64,000 bases of DNA, taken from the NCBI GenBank assembly GCA_030264375.1, contig JASCQW010000061.1, positions 72,498,939 to 72,562,938 on the forward strand, given 5' to 3'. The notes below the pieces were generated by a model. It did not search any database and was not told the DNA's origin. It worked only from the letters and a program-made list of their open reading frames with translations. The first letter of the stretch is position 1. Each line of letters opens with the position of its first letter. Below, piece after piece: positions 24,756 through 38,705 of this stretch. The position numbers were made by a program, and so were the translations under genes. This DNA comes from Carcharhinus longimanus. Its lineage: Eukaryota.

Positions 24756-27700
24756 ACTGACACATCAGCATCACTTATTGCATTATGTGTAACAAAATAA
24801 TTGAAAAGAACAAATTTTCTTACAAATGGTACACAAACAATTACCCTCAGGTGGTTTGTTTGATCTGGGTAGCGATTCTTCTTTAGGAAATATAAAACAA
24901 ACATAAGATTCAATGCCAGATCTCCTGCCATCTTATGAAAATGTTTTCCATCACAAGCACTATTATTTTTCCAACTTCCTCATGTTTAAAGCACCAAGCA
25001 CATCATACTGTTAAACATTTTTGCTTTGTCTATATAACCTGCAGAGTCAGTATACTTATCCTTACTCTGTGAGTCCAATGGTTTCCAATTACTATTATAC
25101 AACTTCTGTGTGGATGTCTTCCAAGAGGCCATAATAGAAACCATTGTCTGCTTTACAGTTCATGTTGGGAAGCAAGCCATTGACTTCAAAGAAGTTCTAG
25201 AAGATGCCAAACTTTTTCTAATTCTATGAAAGTAATTCCGTCTGTTGCAGAGGTGCCAAAGATTGGCCTTTTAACAACAAAATCTGAAAATAATTTCATT
25301 GTCAGCATAATGCAATAAGGATATGTCCATTCCTCTTTGAAACTGATTGTTGAAGGACTCTCAGAAGAACCCGTTATGAATGTAAGACCAATCGGAGGTA
25401 GACTGTTCAGGGAGAAAGACCTGATGTTAATTTTATCATGCCCTTTGAACATCTCAAGGCATTTTACAATTGATTAATTATTTTGAAATGTTGTCACCGC
25501 TGTTGCCTGGGCAATTGTCAAATAATGACTGACTTGGACTTTGCATTATGGCTCCATGCCCTTTCCTCCAACTTGCCATGTATTTCTTTCCTTGCTCTTT
25601 GTGCCTGTAAAATTCTAGTGTAAAATTGCTCATCAAAGCAAGGGTTAAAATGGGACTGGAGAATAGCGCTGCCCACGATATGATGCCCAGAGTCACGTGG
25701 ACGCAGGAGAATACCTGCATGGGAAAAACAGCACCAGACATGACAATATTTGGGATCTGTAAATAGTTATAGAAAAACAATAAACGGTTCACGTTTAAAC
25801 ACGCAAGTTTCAAGCTCATCATAACTGAGACACTTGGCCAACACCATATTACAATATAATTGGCAGGAGAGGTTGCTTCTAAAAGCTATCACATTAATAG
25901 AGGCATCATGATACCACATGGTGATCAACGGTGATATAAAAGGTTGCAATTTAACCAATGAACCAAGAATAGAATCGCAAGGTATGGAAATCTAGAAGTA
26001 GCTAAAGCCAAACCAGAAGAAAACTTAAAGGAGCTTTGCAACAGACTTCTGATTTTGGATGCTGAGGAATCCATCAGAGTGGAAGTCCATTGCAAAAACC
26101 CTGAATGACCCAGGGTAAAAACAAAACCTAATCAGATCACAAATACAGGTGAGCAAAACTACACAAATAATTACAAGACCCTGAGTGATGCAGAGTTAAA
26201 GAACCTGGGCCTCTCACAAGATGGTGAGCAAAAATACAATAACAAAGCTGTACTTCCCTCATAGAAACATTCAAACATTAATTTGTTAATCAACCTCAAA
26301 GCGAGGTGAGGCAGTGCGTTAATGGAGGCAAGAAAATATTGAGGGGGAAAAGAGCAAATTGGGGTTGTGAGTGAAAAAGACCACATGGAAATGAATTTTT
26401 TTTTCTAGCTTGGAGAGCAAATCTCATATTTAGTGGTTCCTTGTATCGAGGTGGCTGTTTCTAAAGTGGCTGCCATGGTTCTTAGTGCAATAGAGCAGGG
26501 GTTAGCTGGCATCTTCTGGAAGTCCCTTGGCATTCCCAATCCAAAAGTCATATGTCTACAATGAACACTTGGACCGATCAAATTCCTATGGTAGATGAGA
26601 TTCAAGTGCTTGAATTTGAAGCCTACATTGACAATGCCTGAAGACCTAGAACGCCAATATCCAAATCTTTCAAATTCCTCCATTGGAATGCTTAGCATCT
26701 TGTGACACTGTGATTTCTCAAGATTGCGAAATACTCTTTCAGTCTATGAATAATGGCGACGTCACAAAATAATACTGACAATAATTGGTTAAATATTTTT
26801 ATCACAAATGGAATAAACTTGGCTTTTGCTTTCATTCACTAATAGAACAGAAAATTGCATCAAATTTAGTTGTTTATATTGTACCGATGGCAAGATTCCC
26901 AGGGCATCTCCTTGTTATAATGTTTCAGTGGTGGATGAATGAGAGAGACTACAAAAAGTAACTTCAGCATCTACCAATTATCTTTGAAACTGAGACTTCA
27001 GTTTCCTCCACATTACAATCGTTGAGAGTAAATGCCAGAAAATTATTCATCTGTACAGCAGAGAGAACACTGCTTCATAGCAATACTAATTTGCAAATTC
27101 TTTTGTAATTAAAGATAATTATAATCTCTAGACATCGGGGGCTTTACTTACAAAATTGGTTGGTTATTCTACACCCTTTGACTGGGAAAACAGACTTTAT
27201 GTTTGTATTGTCCCCTTGGCTCATTTACTGAAATTATATTCCTGAAACCAAAAGGATGCACATTAGGTTTTGCACAGGCCATATTCTGCTAATTACTAAT
27301 AAACTGTCAGTAAATTTCAGTCAGCCCTATTCCATGTCATTCAAGAAAACATGGTCATCTGAATCATGTTTAAAACATTGTGCTATTTAAATGTCTGTAC
27401 AATTTAGCCATATTACCTTGAGTTTAAAAACAACTATCTTTAGGAAATTAGAAATGATCGATCAAAATTTGTGTGGACTTTACCCTTTTTCTTTGAAAGA
27501 GTAAGTTTCGCAGTTTGAAATGGACTGGGAAGGTGGCCTGATGTGTGCAATGATGTTGTCTTTGTACCTACTTGCCTTGAGCATATTGAATGATGGCTCA
27601 ATTTCTGTGCTCATTTTATATTTTATAGAGAATGTCAGCTGTGGATTTTGTTTGCTGCTGGGAGCTTGTACAAAGTAGTTTGGTGTTGGGATGGTGGGGG

Positions 27701-28510
27701 AAGGCAGCAGGATTTCATGTGCTGAGCCATTTTTTTTAAAAGATACAACCAGCATTTGAAAGCAAGACCTTTAATGTAGCACTTAAGGATTGTGTAGGCT
27801 GAAACATCCTCAGGATGACAGCATGCAACAGGAGACCACAGAACTGGATACTCCCTAAGTATAGACAGGACACGCTTGTGATCTCTCCTCTCTTCAATAA
27901 TTGTGCCTTGTGGTTGCATTGTAAACCTTTCACTCTTTTTTTCTCTGTAGGTTTTTCTCAAGATAAAGAGATAAAGGAAGTGGAACAACAGAGTACATTG
28001 TATCCAGTGTTGTTTTGTTCGCCCATTCTACTGCAACCTTGGAGAATATAATCAGTTTAACAAAGAAAGATTGACAGCTCCCAGTGAGAAAGAGCAATCA
28101 AGGTGGAAGGAGAGGAAAAAGAAGGATCACTACAGATGCAAACCACCAAATATCTTTATCACAGGAGAAAGTGATTGATATTGTACTAATCTTACCTTCA
28201 GATGGGAGTTGATAAAGAACAAAAATATTTTTTTGCATCCTTTGAGTACATCTTGAGCAGTCTACAGTAGCTGGCAGACAATGTGCAGCATTGCACATCT
28301 AACATGGCAACAGTACCACTCAATACAAAGAGACATTGGGTGAGTGATGTCTTCACTTACACTTACAGAATGTCTTAAAGCACAGAGAGAGCAAATGAAT
28401 AACAGCTCCCTCTCAAAAATACAATTTGTGCAAATTCATAACTTGTGTATTTATTTATTGAAGTCTTTCTATGCTGGGAAGAGTAGCAAAAGCCATACTG
28501 AAGTCACCTA

Positions 28511-28820
28511 CTGTGGCACAGTGGTTAGCATTGCTGCCTCACAGTGCCAGGGACTCGGGTTCAATTCCCAGTTTAGGTCACTATCTGTGCAGAGTCTGCA
28601 CGTTTTCCTCATGTCTGCATGGGTCTCCTCTGGGTGCTCTGGTTTCTTCCCACAGTCTGGAAGACATGCTGGTTAGGTGCATTGGCCATGCTAAGTTCTC
28701 CCTCAGTGTACCCGAACAGGTTCGGACTGTGGCTACTAGGGGATTTTCATAGTAACTCCATTGAAGTGTTAGTGCAAGCCTACTCGAGACAAATAAAATA
28801 AAAACTTTAACTTTACTTTT
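28511..28820 (+). mobile_element. HE1-like V-SINE with alternative tail
   Basis: Head and V-domain, then cctcagtgtacccgaacagg...ggctactaggggattttc...aataaa..aacttt. Confidence 0.85.
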
Positions 28821-29188
28821 ACCTGACAAACTGCTCTCATGACTGTTCTCATTAGTCATCCTATTGGCACCGAAGTAGGATAAGAGAAGAATCTGATAGG
28901 CAGGTGATTTCATGACCTTGTGCTAAGAGATTAAGGACTATGACTATCCAATCTCAGTGCACCACTATTGTTGGTGCTTCTGCTCAGGAACCAATTAAGC
29001 ACAGCTAGAGGTTGTGTAATAAACTACTTTAGAATCTGAGAATAACGTTAACTTTTTATGATGGTGCATTGGACCTGCCTTTTATACACCATGCTCAATT
29101 TTCCTATCCATTGACTTAAACAATGAGTGACAGGTAAAGTTTCTCTCAGCCAGAAATTTCCTCTCATAGGTCTAGAAAGCATTACAAT

Positions 29189-30165
29189 TATTTGATTTGA
29201 TTTATTACTGTCACATGTATTGGTATACAATGAAAAGTATTGTTTCTTGCACGCTATACAGACATAGCATACCGTGCATGGAGAAGGAAAAGAGAGGGTG
29301 CAGAACGTTGAAGTCATAGCTAGGGCATAGAGAAAGATTAACCTAATGTGAGATAGGTACATTCAAAAGTCTGATGGCAGCAGGGAAGAAACTGTTTTTG
29401 AGTCGGTTGGTACATGATCTCAGACTTTTGTAACTTTTTCCTGGCGGAGGAAGATGGAAGAGAGACTGTCCAGGTTGTATGGGGTCCTTGCTTGTGCTGG
29501 CTGCTTTCCTGTGGCAGTGGGAAGAGTAGACAAAATCGATGGATGGGAGGCTGGATTGCCTGGTGATCTGGGCTTTGTTCATGACTCTTTGTCATTTCTT
29601 GCAGTCTTGGGCAGAGCATACCAAGCTGTGATACGACCAGAAAGAATGCTTTCCATAGTGCGTCTGTAAAAGTTGGTGCGAGTCATAGCAGACTTGCCAA
29701 ATTTCCTTAGTCTCCTGAGAAAGTAAAGGCGATGGTGGGCTTCCTTAACTATAACGGCAGCATGGAGGGACCAGGACAGGTTGTTGGTGATCTGGACACC
29801 TAGATACTTGAAGCTCTCAACCATTTCCACTTCATCCAATTGATGTAGACATGGCATGTCCTCCACTGTGCTTCCTGAAGCCAATGATTATCTCTTCTGT
29901 TTTACTGACATTGAGGGTGAGATTATTGTCGCCACACCAGTTCACCAGATTCTCTATCTCTTTCCTGAACGCCATCTCATCAGCAAACTTGAAAATTGGG
30001 TTGGAGGGGAATTTGGCTACATGATCATAGATGTATAAGGAGTTTAGTTAGGGGCTGAGGACACAGCCTTGTGGGACACCAGTATTGAGGATAATCGTGG
30101 AGGATATGTTGTTGCCTATACTTACTGATTACGGTCTGTGGGTTAAGAAGTCTAGGATCCAGTCG
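29189..30165 (-). mobile_element. Rex1/Babar LINE, 3' ~1 kb
   Basis: EVEMVESFKYLGVQITNNLSWS...HRLYFLRRLRKFG...TNFYRRTMESILSG, RLKNSFFPAAIRLLN, and (atcaa) tail. Confidence 0.9.
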
Positions 30166-31674
30166 CCTCAATGAGATAGTGAATGTCCACTTGGTGTAGG
30201 TAAGTCCTGCTGGTGATTACCAGTTTAACAAGTAGCCTGGATTCACACATCAGCCCTCTTATTCAGGGTGCTAAATGGATCAGCACCAGGAATTGAGAGC
30301 TTGGAAACACCACACTCACCCTCCTCCCCCCTTCCCCACCCACCTCCTTACCTCCTGTGCACAACATGGCCAGAGACCCCTGTATTTGTACCTGTCTGGA
30401 CTATGTCAATGATGCACCCTCCAACTTATCCTCCAACATCGGTGAGGTCAACCCTGGAGCGGCACCATTGGGTGCGACCTTCACATGGCCACTTGGATCA
30501 CAACACGAGCAAATTTGAGATCAGAGATGCAAAATGAATGCCATAATGTGATTGAAGCGGATGGTCAGTTACAGGATGAGAGATTTCTTCTTGTGTAAGC
30601 TAATAGCGAGCAAGAATATTAAAATATATTGCGGAGAATTTCCTCAGGAGTTTGCTCAAGTGGCTGGCATGGCTTTGGCAGAAAATTGGTGGAAATGCCG
30701 AACAACGATGTCACCAAGGTTTCTGTTTTCCATCTGGCAATGCCCCGGGGAAACACAGGGTGGAAATTCCCAGTGGTAATATGTTACATTGTATAACATG
30801 CTTGTCATTATAAAAGAGTGCATCCTACTAATCACCATCAGCAGCCACATCCACTTAGTCAATTGAAATATTTCAGCAAACTGTCATTCACTGATTTCGA
30901 AAGGTTTTAAAAAAAGAGATTACCCTGAAATGCTCCTTGTCTTTTAGATTGCATTATCCTTTTCATGCTTTGAGGAACCTTACAGATTGTGTGTCTTTTT
31001 AGCTCTGTAAGCTGGTTTACTTTGGTGCAGTCTTTTACAGCTGTATTATTTGGCTGACAGTCAACATCACAGAGATGAAATGTTATGCTACAAAAATGGA
31101 ACAATATTTACTTTTAAACCATCTAACAAATGAAGCTAAAGTTTCCCATACCAACTAATAGACAGAATATAGTTACAACATGCATGAAGTCTTTTCTTGT
31201 GGTTGGTCAAAAGGAAGCGAATGAAGACATATTTCAAAGTAAATATTAACTGGAACGAGTAATAACATTTTGGCACCTTGTTTTTCCAATTCAAACATAC
31301 CCCATTTAAATAATGCTGACTCCAATGCCTTCACCTTTCACTATTCAGTACTGAGAGGCTCAAGTGATTGGCGGTAACCTCTGGTTGATCTGTGTTGCTT
31401 CCAGTTCTAGCACCTTTAGAAAGCAAACACTGAGGGAAGGTTTAACTTTGGCAGTTGTACAAAATAGATGGTAGTGGATTGACTACCAGTGATACTCCAA
31501 ACTCTGTTTTCCTGTCCCATTGATGTTAACGGAAAAGAAAATTGGGCAAGTTATGTAATGGAAAGCTGAGCTTTTACAGCCTGTTTAATGCACCCGTCAA
31601 TATTGAATTTTACCACCAATGTATTCAGGGAATGTTTACACATTTGTATGCTTTAAGTTATAAGGAAATGAATT

Positions 31675-33455
31675 ATTTTTGTTTATTCACGTGGGCGTCT
31701 CTGGCAAGACCAGTATATTGCCCATTTCTAATGGTGCTGGGGAACGTGCTTGAGCCACTGGTGTCTGTATGATATAAGTACACCCAGAGTGCTGTTAGGG
31801 AGGGAGTTCCAGGATTTTGACCTAGCAATGATGAAGGTACAGTGTTACATTTCTATAGGTTGTGACTTTGAAGGGAGCTTCAGGTGGTGTTCCCATGCAT
31901 CTGCGGCCCTTACCTAGGACATTGCTGCAGGAGTTCTTCAGGGTAGTGTCCCGGACCCAACCATCTTCAGCTACTTCATCGATCAACCTTCCTTTCTTCC
32001 ATCATAAGGTCAGAAACAGGAATGTTCACTGATAGCTGCACAATGTTCAGTACTATTTCTGACTCCTTAGGTACTGAAGCAGTCTGTGGTCCATATGCAG
32101 CAAGACCTGAACAACACTCAGGCTTAACATTAACATTTGCACCACACAAACACCAGGCAATGACTATTTCCAACAGGATGGAATCTAACCATGACACCCT
32201 GACAATCAATGGCATTATCATTGCTGAATTCCTCACTAGCAACATCGTGGGGGGTTTACATTGACCAGACTATACCATAAACAAGATACACTGCAACCAC
32301 TCACCAATGCTCTTTGACAGCCGCTTCTACGTCCGTGACCTCTACCACTTGAAGGACAAGTATAGTAGATGCATGGGAAAGCCACTAGCTACAAATGTTT
32401 TGTAAATTTTAGAACATACTTTGTTTGCAAAATTAATTTATGTAATGCCATCCCGAGCACACCAGCTTTACAGGCTTCCCTGTTAAATTGAAATGCAAGA
32501 GGATTGGTTGCTAGCCATGTGATTTGCAATTCTGGAAACAATTGGGTTCTGCTCCTTTCCATACTACTGCCATTTTTTTCATTTCACCTCATTCTAGATC
32601 TCCAGGCTCCCTTGATAAAAACTTCCAAACCTGCAATCTCCACTAATAGGATAACGGCAACAAATGGATGGGAACGCCACCGCCTGCAAGTTCCACTCCA
32701 GATCACACACAATCCTGGCTTGGAACTATGTTGCCATTCCTTTACTATCTCTGGATCAAAATCCTGGAACTCCCTTCCTAATAGCACTGTGTATGTACCT
32801 ACACAACATAGACTGCAGCAGCCTAGAAGCTAGCTCACTATGACCTCACCAAGGACAATTGGGGAATGGGCAACAGGTATTAACCTAGCCAGCGATGCCA
32901 TCATGTGAAAGAATAAATAAATTAAAGGTTAAGAATTTGGAAGGTGATGTTGAAGAAGCCTTGGTAAATTGCTGCAATGCATCTTATAGATTGTACACAC
33001 TGTGCCAGTGGGAAGAGTCAATATTATAGGTGGTGGATGGTATGCCAATCAAGTGGGAGTTTTGTCCTGAATGGTGTCAAGTTTCTTGAGCATTGTTGCA
33101 GCTGTAATCACCCAGGCAAGCAAGGAATTGTGCCTTGTAGTTGGTAGACAGTCAGATGGTGAGTTTTGTGGTGCAGAATTTCCAGCCTTTGCTCTGTTCT
33201 TGGACATTGTGATTTCTCCAGTTAAGTTTCTGGTCAATGGTAACCCCCATCACGTTGAAGGTGGGGAATTTGACAATAGTACTTACATTGAATGTTAGTG
33301 GGAGATGATTGGACTCTCTCTTTTGCAGGTAGAATGCCTGTAATTTGTGTATGATGAATGCTATGTGCAAAGTCATCAGCTCAAGTCTGAATTATGCCCA
33401 GGTCGTGCTGGAGGCAGACACGGACATCTTAGTTATCTGAGGGCTTATGAATGAT
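31675..33455. mobile_element. Cluster of family-B LINE fragments in alternating orientation
   Basis: Minus 31675-31915 (3' end), plus 31915-32390 (RT, ggagttcttcagggtagtgtcc), plus 32600-32925 (3' end), minus 32935-33455. Confidence 0.75.
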
Positions 33456-34532
33456 AACACATAAACGATTTAATGTTTTCCAAATACTCCGCATCTGTTA
33501 TCATAAGGTCAACTAAAAGCTACTTGAAACCTTTTCACTATCTCTATTACTGACCACCATATTATGGCATCCCCCCACAGTCTCATTTATTTATTACAGT
33601 GAAGCAAATGTGTTGATACAACTTTTCTGTAGCTGTGTGGTAATTGTATCTGTCTCTGCAGTAACTGTTGGAAAATCAATGTCCTCTACTTCCTTCACCT
33701 TTTTGTGACAGATGATCATACTGATCCTTTAAGTGAAGGATTTTCTAGGAGATTTCTAATGATTTATCATGTTTTATTTCTCCAACTGGACCGAGACTGG
33801 GCTAACAGAAGCAGAGAAACAATGAAGTGGCTGTTCTCATTAATGGCACAGACTTCATTCAAAGAGCTAAGGCTATTCTGAGAAATATATTCAGGCAGCA
33901 CATGGGGCAGCATTCATCTCTGCAGGAGAGCAGGAAAATTCATCTCCTTTAGCATCACAGCAAGGAAGCACTGAGATGGGGCCATTCACTTTTGCGCGTT
34001 TGATTTCCTGAGAGTAAACTAAGTGATTAATAGCAGGTGAAGAGCTCCTGAAAAATATTCAGTCGGGAATGTTGCTTAGCTCTTGCCATTCAATATTCAG
34101 ATTAGCACCCCTGACATTTCCAAGAATGATGCACAAAGACAGCAGAGAATCTTTAAAAGGAACCGTCCATCATTGGGTGCAATCATCTCACTCTCGGACA
34201 GACATGTAGAATACCTGAAAAGTGCTAGCATTGGTAGTGTTACACAGTGAAAAATACCATGCGAAGAAATTTGGGAGAAATCTCTACCCTTTCGGGTAGT
34301 TGTTGAGGTCACAAGCTAGATTGGAATTGATATAATGTCCCAATGTTATTTTTAAGATGGCTTTTGGTGATAATGTGAAGTTTGAAACATAACATTCAAG
34401 TTACAAGGTAGAAAAAAATTGGTAGAATTGCATCTGAGTGTGGGTTTGTGGAGTGGGGAGGTTGTATTTAATCATCCAGACACTTGCTGTCACCAGTGGG
34501 CTTTGCAATATTTTATTTGGCAATATATGAGT

Positions 34533-34846
34533 GCCACAGTGGTACAGTGATTAGCACTGCTGCCTCACAGCACCAGGGGCCCAGGTTTGATTCCTGGCTG
34601 TCTGTGTGGAGTTTGCATATTCTCCTCGTGTCTGCGTGGAATTCCTTCGGGTGCTTTGGTTTCCTCCCAAAGTCCAAAGATGTGCTGGTTAGGTGAATTG
34701 GCCATGAAAATAGACCCTAGTGTCAGGGGGATTAGCTAGGATAAATGCATGGGGTTACGGGGATAGGGCTTGGATGGGATTGTGGTCAGTACAGACTCAA
34801 TAGGTTGAGTGGCCTCCTTCAGCACAGTAGGATCCTATGATTCTAT
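34533..34846 (+). mobile_element. HE1-like V-SINE with CR1-type tail
   Basis: Head, body and tail ending atcctatgattctat. Confidence 0.9.
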
Positions 34847-35030
34847 ACAATCCACAGACTTTAAACTCAAACATTGGCACTACTGAGCCATTAATTCTTG
34901 AGTTAGCCTATTTGCTTTGAAATTCTATTCTGTAGTTGATTATAATTCTAGTCCCTTTTTGGACCATTCCGAATCAGGTGTACTCCTCGGATGATCATTC
35001 TCACTTAAGATTGAGAAAAACAAACCTCAC

Positions 35031-35192
35031 AGACACGTAAATGGGTCTGAAGAACAGATCTAAGTCTTCCCAGAGGGAAGGAACCAGCAGTGAATATAAC
35101 TGTCTTCCAGATAGCTTTCTTAACATATTTTTAGCTAATTTATTGGAACCCCATAAGGCTTTGGGCATCTCTCTCAACAATATACCTCTCCA
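35031..35192 (-). CDS. Candidate 162-nt symmetric exon (WRGILLREMPKALWG...FFRPIYVS), unidentified
   Basis: Acceptor ccattcccatacacacttcAG, donor GTGAGG, open in phase 0-0, apparently non-repeat sequence; no homology recognised. Confidence 0.25.
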
Positions 35193-35564
35193 CTGAAGTG
35201 TGTATGGGAATGGGTTTGTATACAGAAGGCTCAATAAGACAATATGCTTTCTAAATAATGTAAAATATTCTTAAAGCACTGAATATGCAATTGATAATCG
35301 ATATTTCTAGAAAAAGTACAATTGTGTTTTAATGGAAAATCCAATTCTTATTAAAGTTGTGGAGGGATACTTAAGATATTATTATATAGCTTATTATATG
35401 TCAATATTTAAAGTAATATTTTCTTTAAATCCCCGGGTAGACAGCTACAGTGTCTAGTGAGATACCTCCACCAATTCAGAAGAGCACTATTGTCACTACT
35501 CTACAGAAGCTATGTCTTTTCCTTGAGAGGTGCTGGACTGAATCCAAAGAAGCAAAAAATCCTA

Positions 35565-36532
35565 GGGCAGAATTTAAAGACAAAAATTCTAAGTGCCGGC
35601 CTAGTGTGAAAATATGAGTGTCAGGTCTGTTTTTTGGGCGAGTCCAAAAATCATAATATTATGCACGAAGACAAGTAAAACATGGGCTGGATCATTTCTA
35701 GCCACTAGATGGAGTGGGTGGGGCTTAAATCACCAGCCGGCCTGCTGGAGCAACAGAGGAAGCTATTGCGCGTGTGCAGACCTCTGTAGTTGCACATGCA
35801 CAATTGCAACAAGGTGAGGGCGGACGGGCCTGAAAGAGAGACCTGTCAGGCCTCTACTGCTGCAGGCAGCATTGAACCAGCCCTCCCTCCCTGATATCGT
35901 GGGGGTCTGTGACCGATCGTGAGTCCCACACAACCCGGACATATTGTTCCACACCCTCCAACCCCACTGCCCAGATTGATCACTGTGACTCCACCACTGG
36001 TTGCAATGCAGAGTCACAGTGGACCCCTTCCCTCCCTATCCGATTGGCTTGGCCTTGCTCTGCCCCTTCAGGCCCTGTCCCCTTAGGCCTTGCCCCCGAT
36101 ACTGGCTGGCACTGTCCAAGGGACACTCTCCCCATACCTTCGACCTACCCAGTGGGGCTCAATGGCCTCCGGTTCTACGGCAAGGCCATCACGACTGGTC
36201 CCCATTCGTGGGAACCGTGTGTGATCCTCACTGGAGGACCTCTCCAGTGAGGATCACAGGAGAGATCCAGGAGAGGTCACAAAGGCAAGTGAATCCGGAC
36301 AATTACATCCCAGGCTCATTAAATCCATACAAATGCTGATTTAAAAAAATTTAAATAATTTATTTAGCCTCTCACCAGAAATGGGTGGGAAGCTGAATGC
36401 ATTGGATACCCGCTGCCAGTAATATCAAGAAAGGTGAGAAATTGGGTGCAAGCCTGATTTCTCGGCTCTCGTACAATTTTACTGGCTCGCTCTGGCCAGC
36501 AATGGGTGGGACAGGCTGGTAAATTCACCCCC
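35565..36532. mobile_element. Non-autonomous PIF/Harbinger-type element, related to 2968-4059
   Basis: Ends GGGCAGAATTTA and GTAAATTCACCCCC; 3-bp duplication CTA at 35562-35564 and 36533-36535; shared internal motifs. Confidence 0.75.
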
Positions 36533-36681
36533 CTAATAAATGGTTTCAATATTTATACCATATAAGAACTGAACCAGCAAGAAGCATGTTGCTCACTTAT
36601 GCTGAGCAACATCCTTTATTTTCATCAACATCCCTCATCTTATTCAATATCTTTCAAGAAAACGTGATACTGAGAATTGCG

Positions 36682-37065
36682 GATGGTGGTATAGTTGTAA
36701 TGTTGCTGACTAGTAATCCAAAGGCACAAGTTAATCTTCAAGGAGACCAGGGTTCAAATCCCACCCGGGCAACTGGCAGAATTTGAACTAAACTCATAAT
36801 TTGGAATATAAAGCTAGCCTCAATAATTGTGGTCATGAAACTGTTGTCAATTGTCATAAAAATCCATCCAATTCATTAATGTACTTTAGGAAGGAAATCT
36901 GCCTTCCTTATCCAGCCTGGCCTACAGGTGACTCCAGATCTACAGAAATTGATTGGCTCCTGTTGTCTGCAATAGATAAGCAAACTACTCGGTTTAAGGA
37001 CAATTAGGGATGGACAACAAATGCTGCTCTTGCCATTGATGTTCATGTCCCACAAAAGCATACAT
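36682..37065 (+). mobile_element. SINE family B
   Basis: Head with gggttcaaatccc B-box, core aggaaggaaatctgcc...gtgactccaga, tail ggacaattagggatggacaacaaatgc. Confidence 0.8.
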
Positions 37066-38705
37066 TTTAAAACTTGGCGGTCAGTACGCTGAGTTTGTGC
37101 AATTCATTAGTCAAGTTATTTAGGGCCATCTATAAAGTTGTTCATAGTTATATTATAGTATCTTATAATTTATCAGTGCCTTACTGAGGTGATATAAAGG
37201 TCAGTTCCTATTTTTTTCAGTTTTGCCTTGTGTTAGAGGATATGCCATATTCTATGCTACAGGATGTTGGCATCCAGGCATGTTTATAAACTTTTAAACC
37301 TTTGTCCAGCAAATGAACTCTGCTTTTAATTTTTAATCCCTGCTTAATAAGAAAATCGCTATTTTAATTTTATAAATCCATATTTACAACCGGATTCTCC
37401 TGTAACTCCACATTTGCATTTTGATTTCTTCACAGTTCTATTTTTGCATTTTACGTGATTGTAATTTGTGTATTTAGTATCTACACTATTCATTAGCATA
37501 TAAGGGGTATACTGACCTATTGGCTTTCTGGTATTGTGGTTAAGGAGATGAAAGAACAGCACTTGTACACTGTAGATGTGGCACTCTTAGATCTGCTTAC
37601 CTGAGGAAGATGCTAACTTCATACCTGCCTCCTAGCACTCAAATTATCCCTCACTGATCTGTCCCTGAATTGGACTTTGTTGCATGTTTTCCACCCCCAT
37701 CCTTTCCTTCACCAGAGTTCTTTGTACTGGACAGATATCTCCCCATTTGTCAGAATGAAGATTGGATTTTGTTATACGATGACAGAAAGATACGGAGAAT
37801 ATAAGGTTAAGATGTTGTGTAATTTATGTTCATAAACAAGTGAATATATAAGAGAGGTTTGTGATTAAAAAAAGGAACAATGAAGACTGTTTTGAAATCA
37901 TCAGCAAAATTCGCCAGCATGAGATGAGAAAAGACCATATCTGGCCTTGAGGGTCACTTCCTCCATCAGCCAGTACACACTATTCCATCATGAGCTCTAC
38001 ATAAACACTCCTTGTATTTCCAAAGGTACAGTATTCAAGCAAAGTTCCAGGATACCCATCCAGAGAAAACAGCATGGGTAACAGAGAGCATCCATGCCAA
38101 GTGCCCAGTACAGATCTCACAAATTTATAAGCATTGCAAGGGGGACTTTGAGTGCCACGTTTAGAATTTGAGATTTCCCTTGTGCATTTGCATCATTACA
38201 GTATTTATTTCTCTTTCTGCTCATGTAGGTGGAAAAACATAGACATCGACATTCATCAGCTAGTGCACTTCTGGTAGGTAAAGCACTTTACTGGCATTGA
38301 TTAAAGATTCTTTTGATTGAATATCATATATTCTACCTTGGATGGCACCTTTGGGATAATTGTGACTGCCAGAAGGTTGGTGGGGAAGTTGTGAAATTGA
38401 AAGTCAAAGGAGGAAACATAACATTGTGGATTGGACGGAGGGAGAGGCAGATTGGGGCTAAACATCACAAGATAAATGTTGGAAACAAGGGGCCTGATTC
38501 TGTGTGGGGGGATGTCCACTGATTGAGGGGGTTGATTGTGGTGGTTTTCTGATTAACAAGCAATGCTTGGAATGTTACATCCAGTCATTTTCTCCTCCTT
38601 CAGCTGTCAGGCTGCCTAAAGCCTGGAGAACTCAGCCTCTGGAGTTAAATGCTAAACACAGGTAAAATTTGAGGCAAGCATCCTCATTAAAATATTTTAA
38701 TGGCA

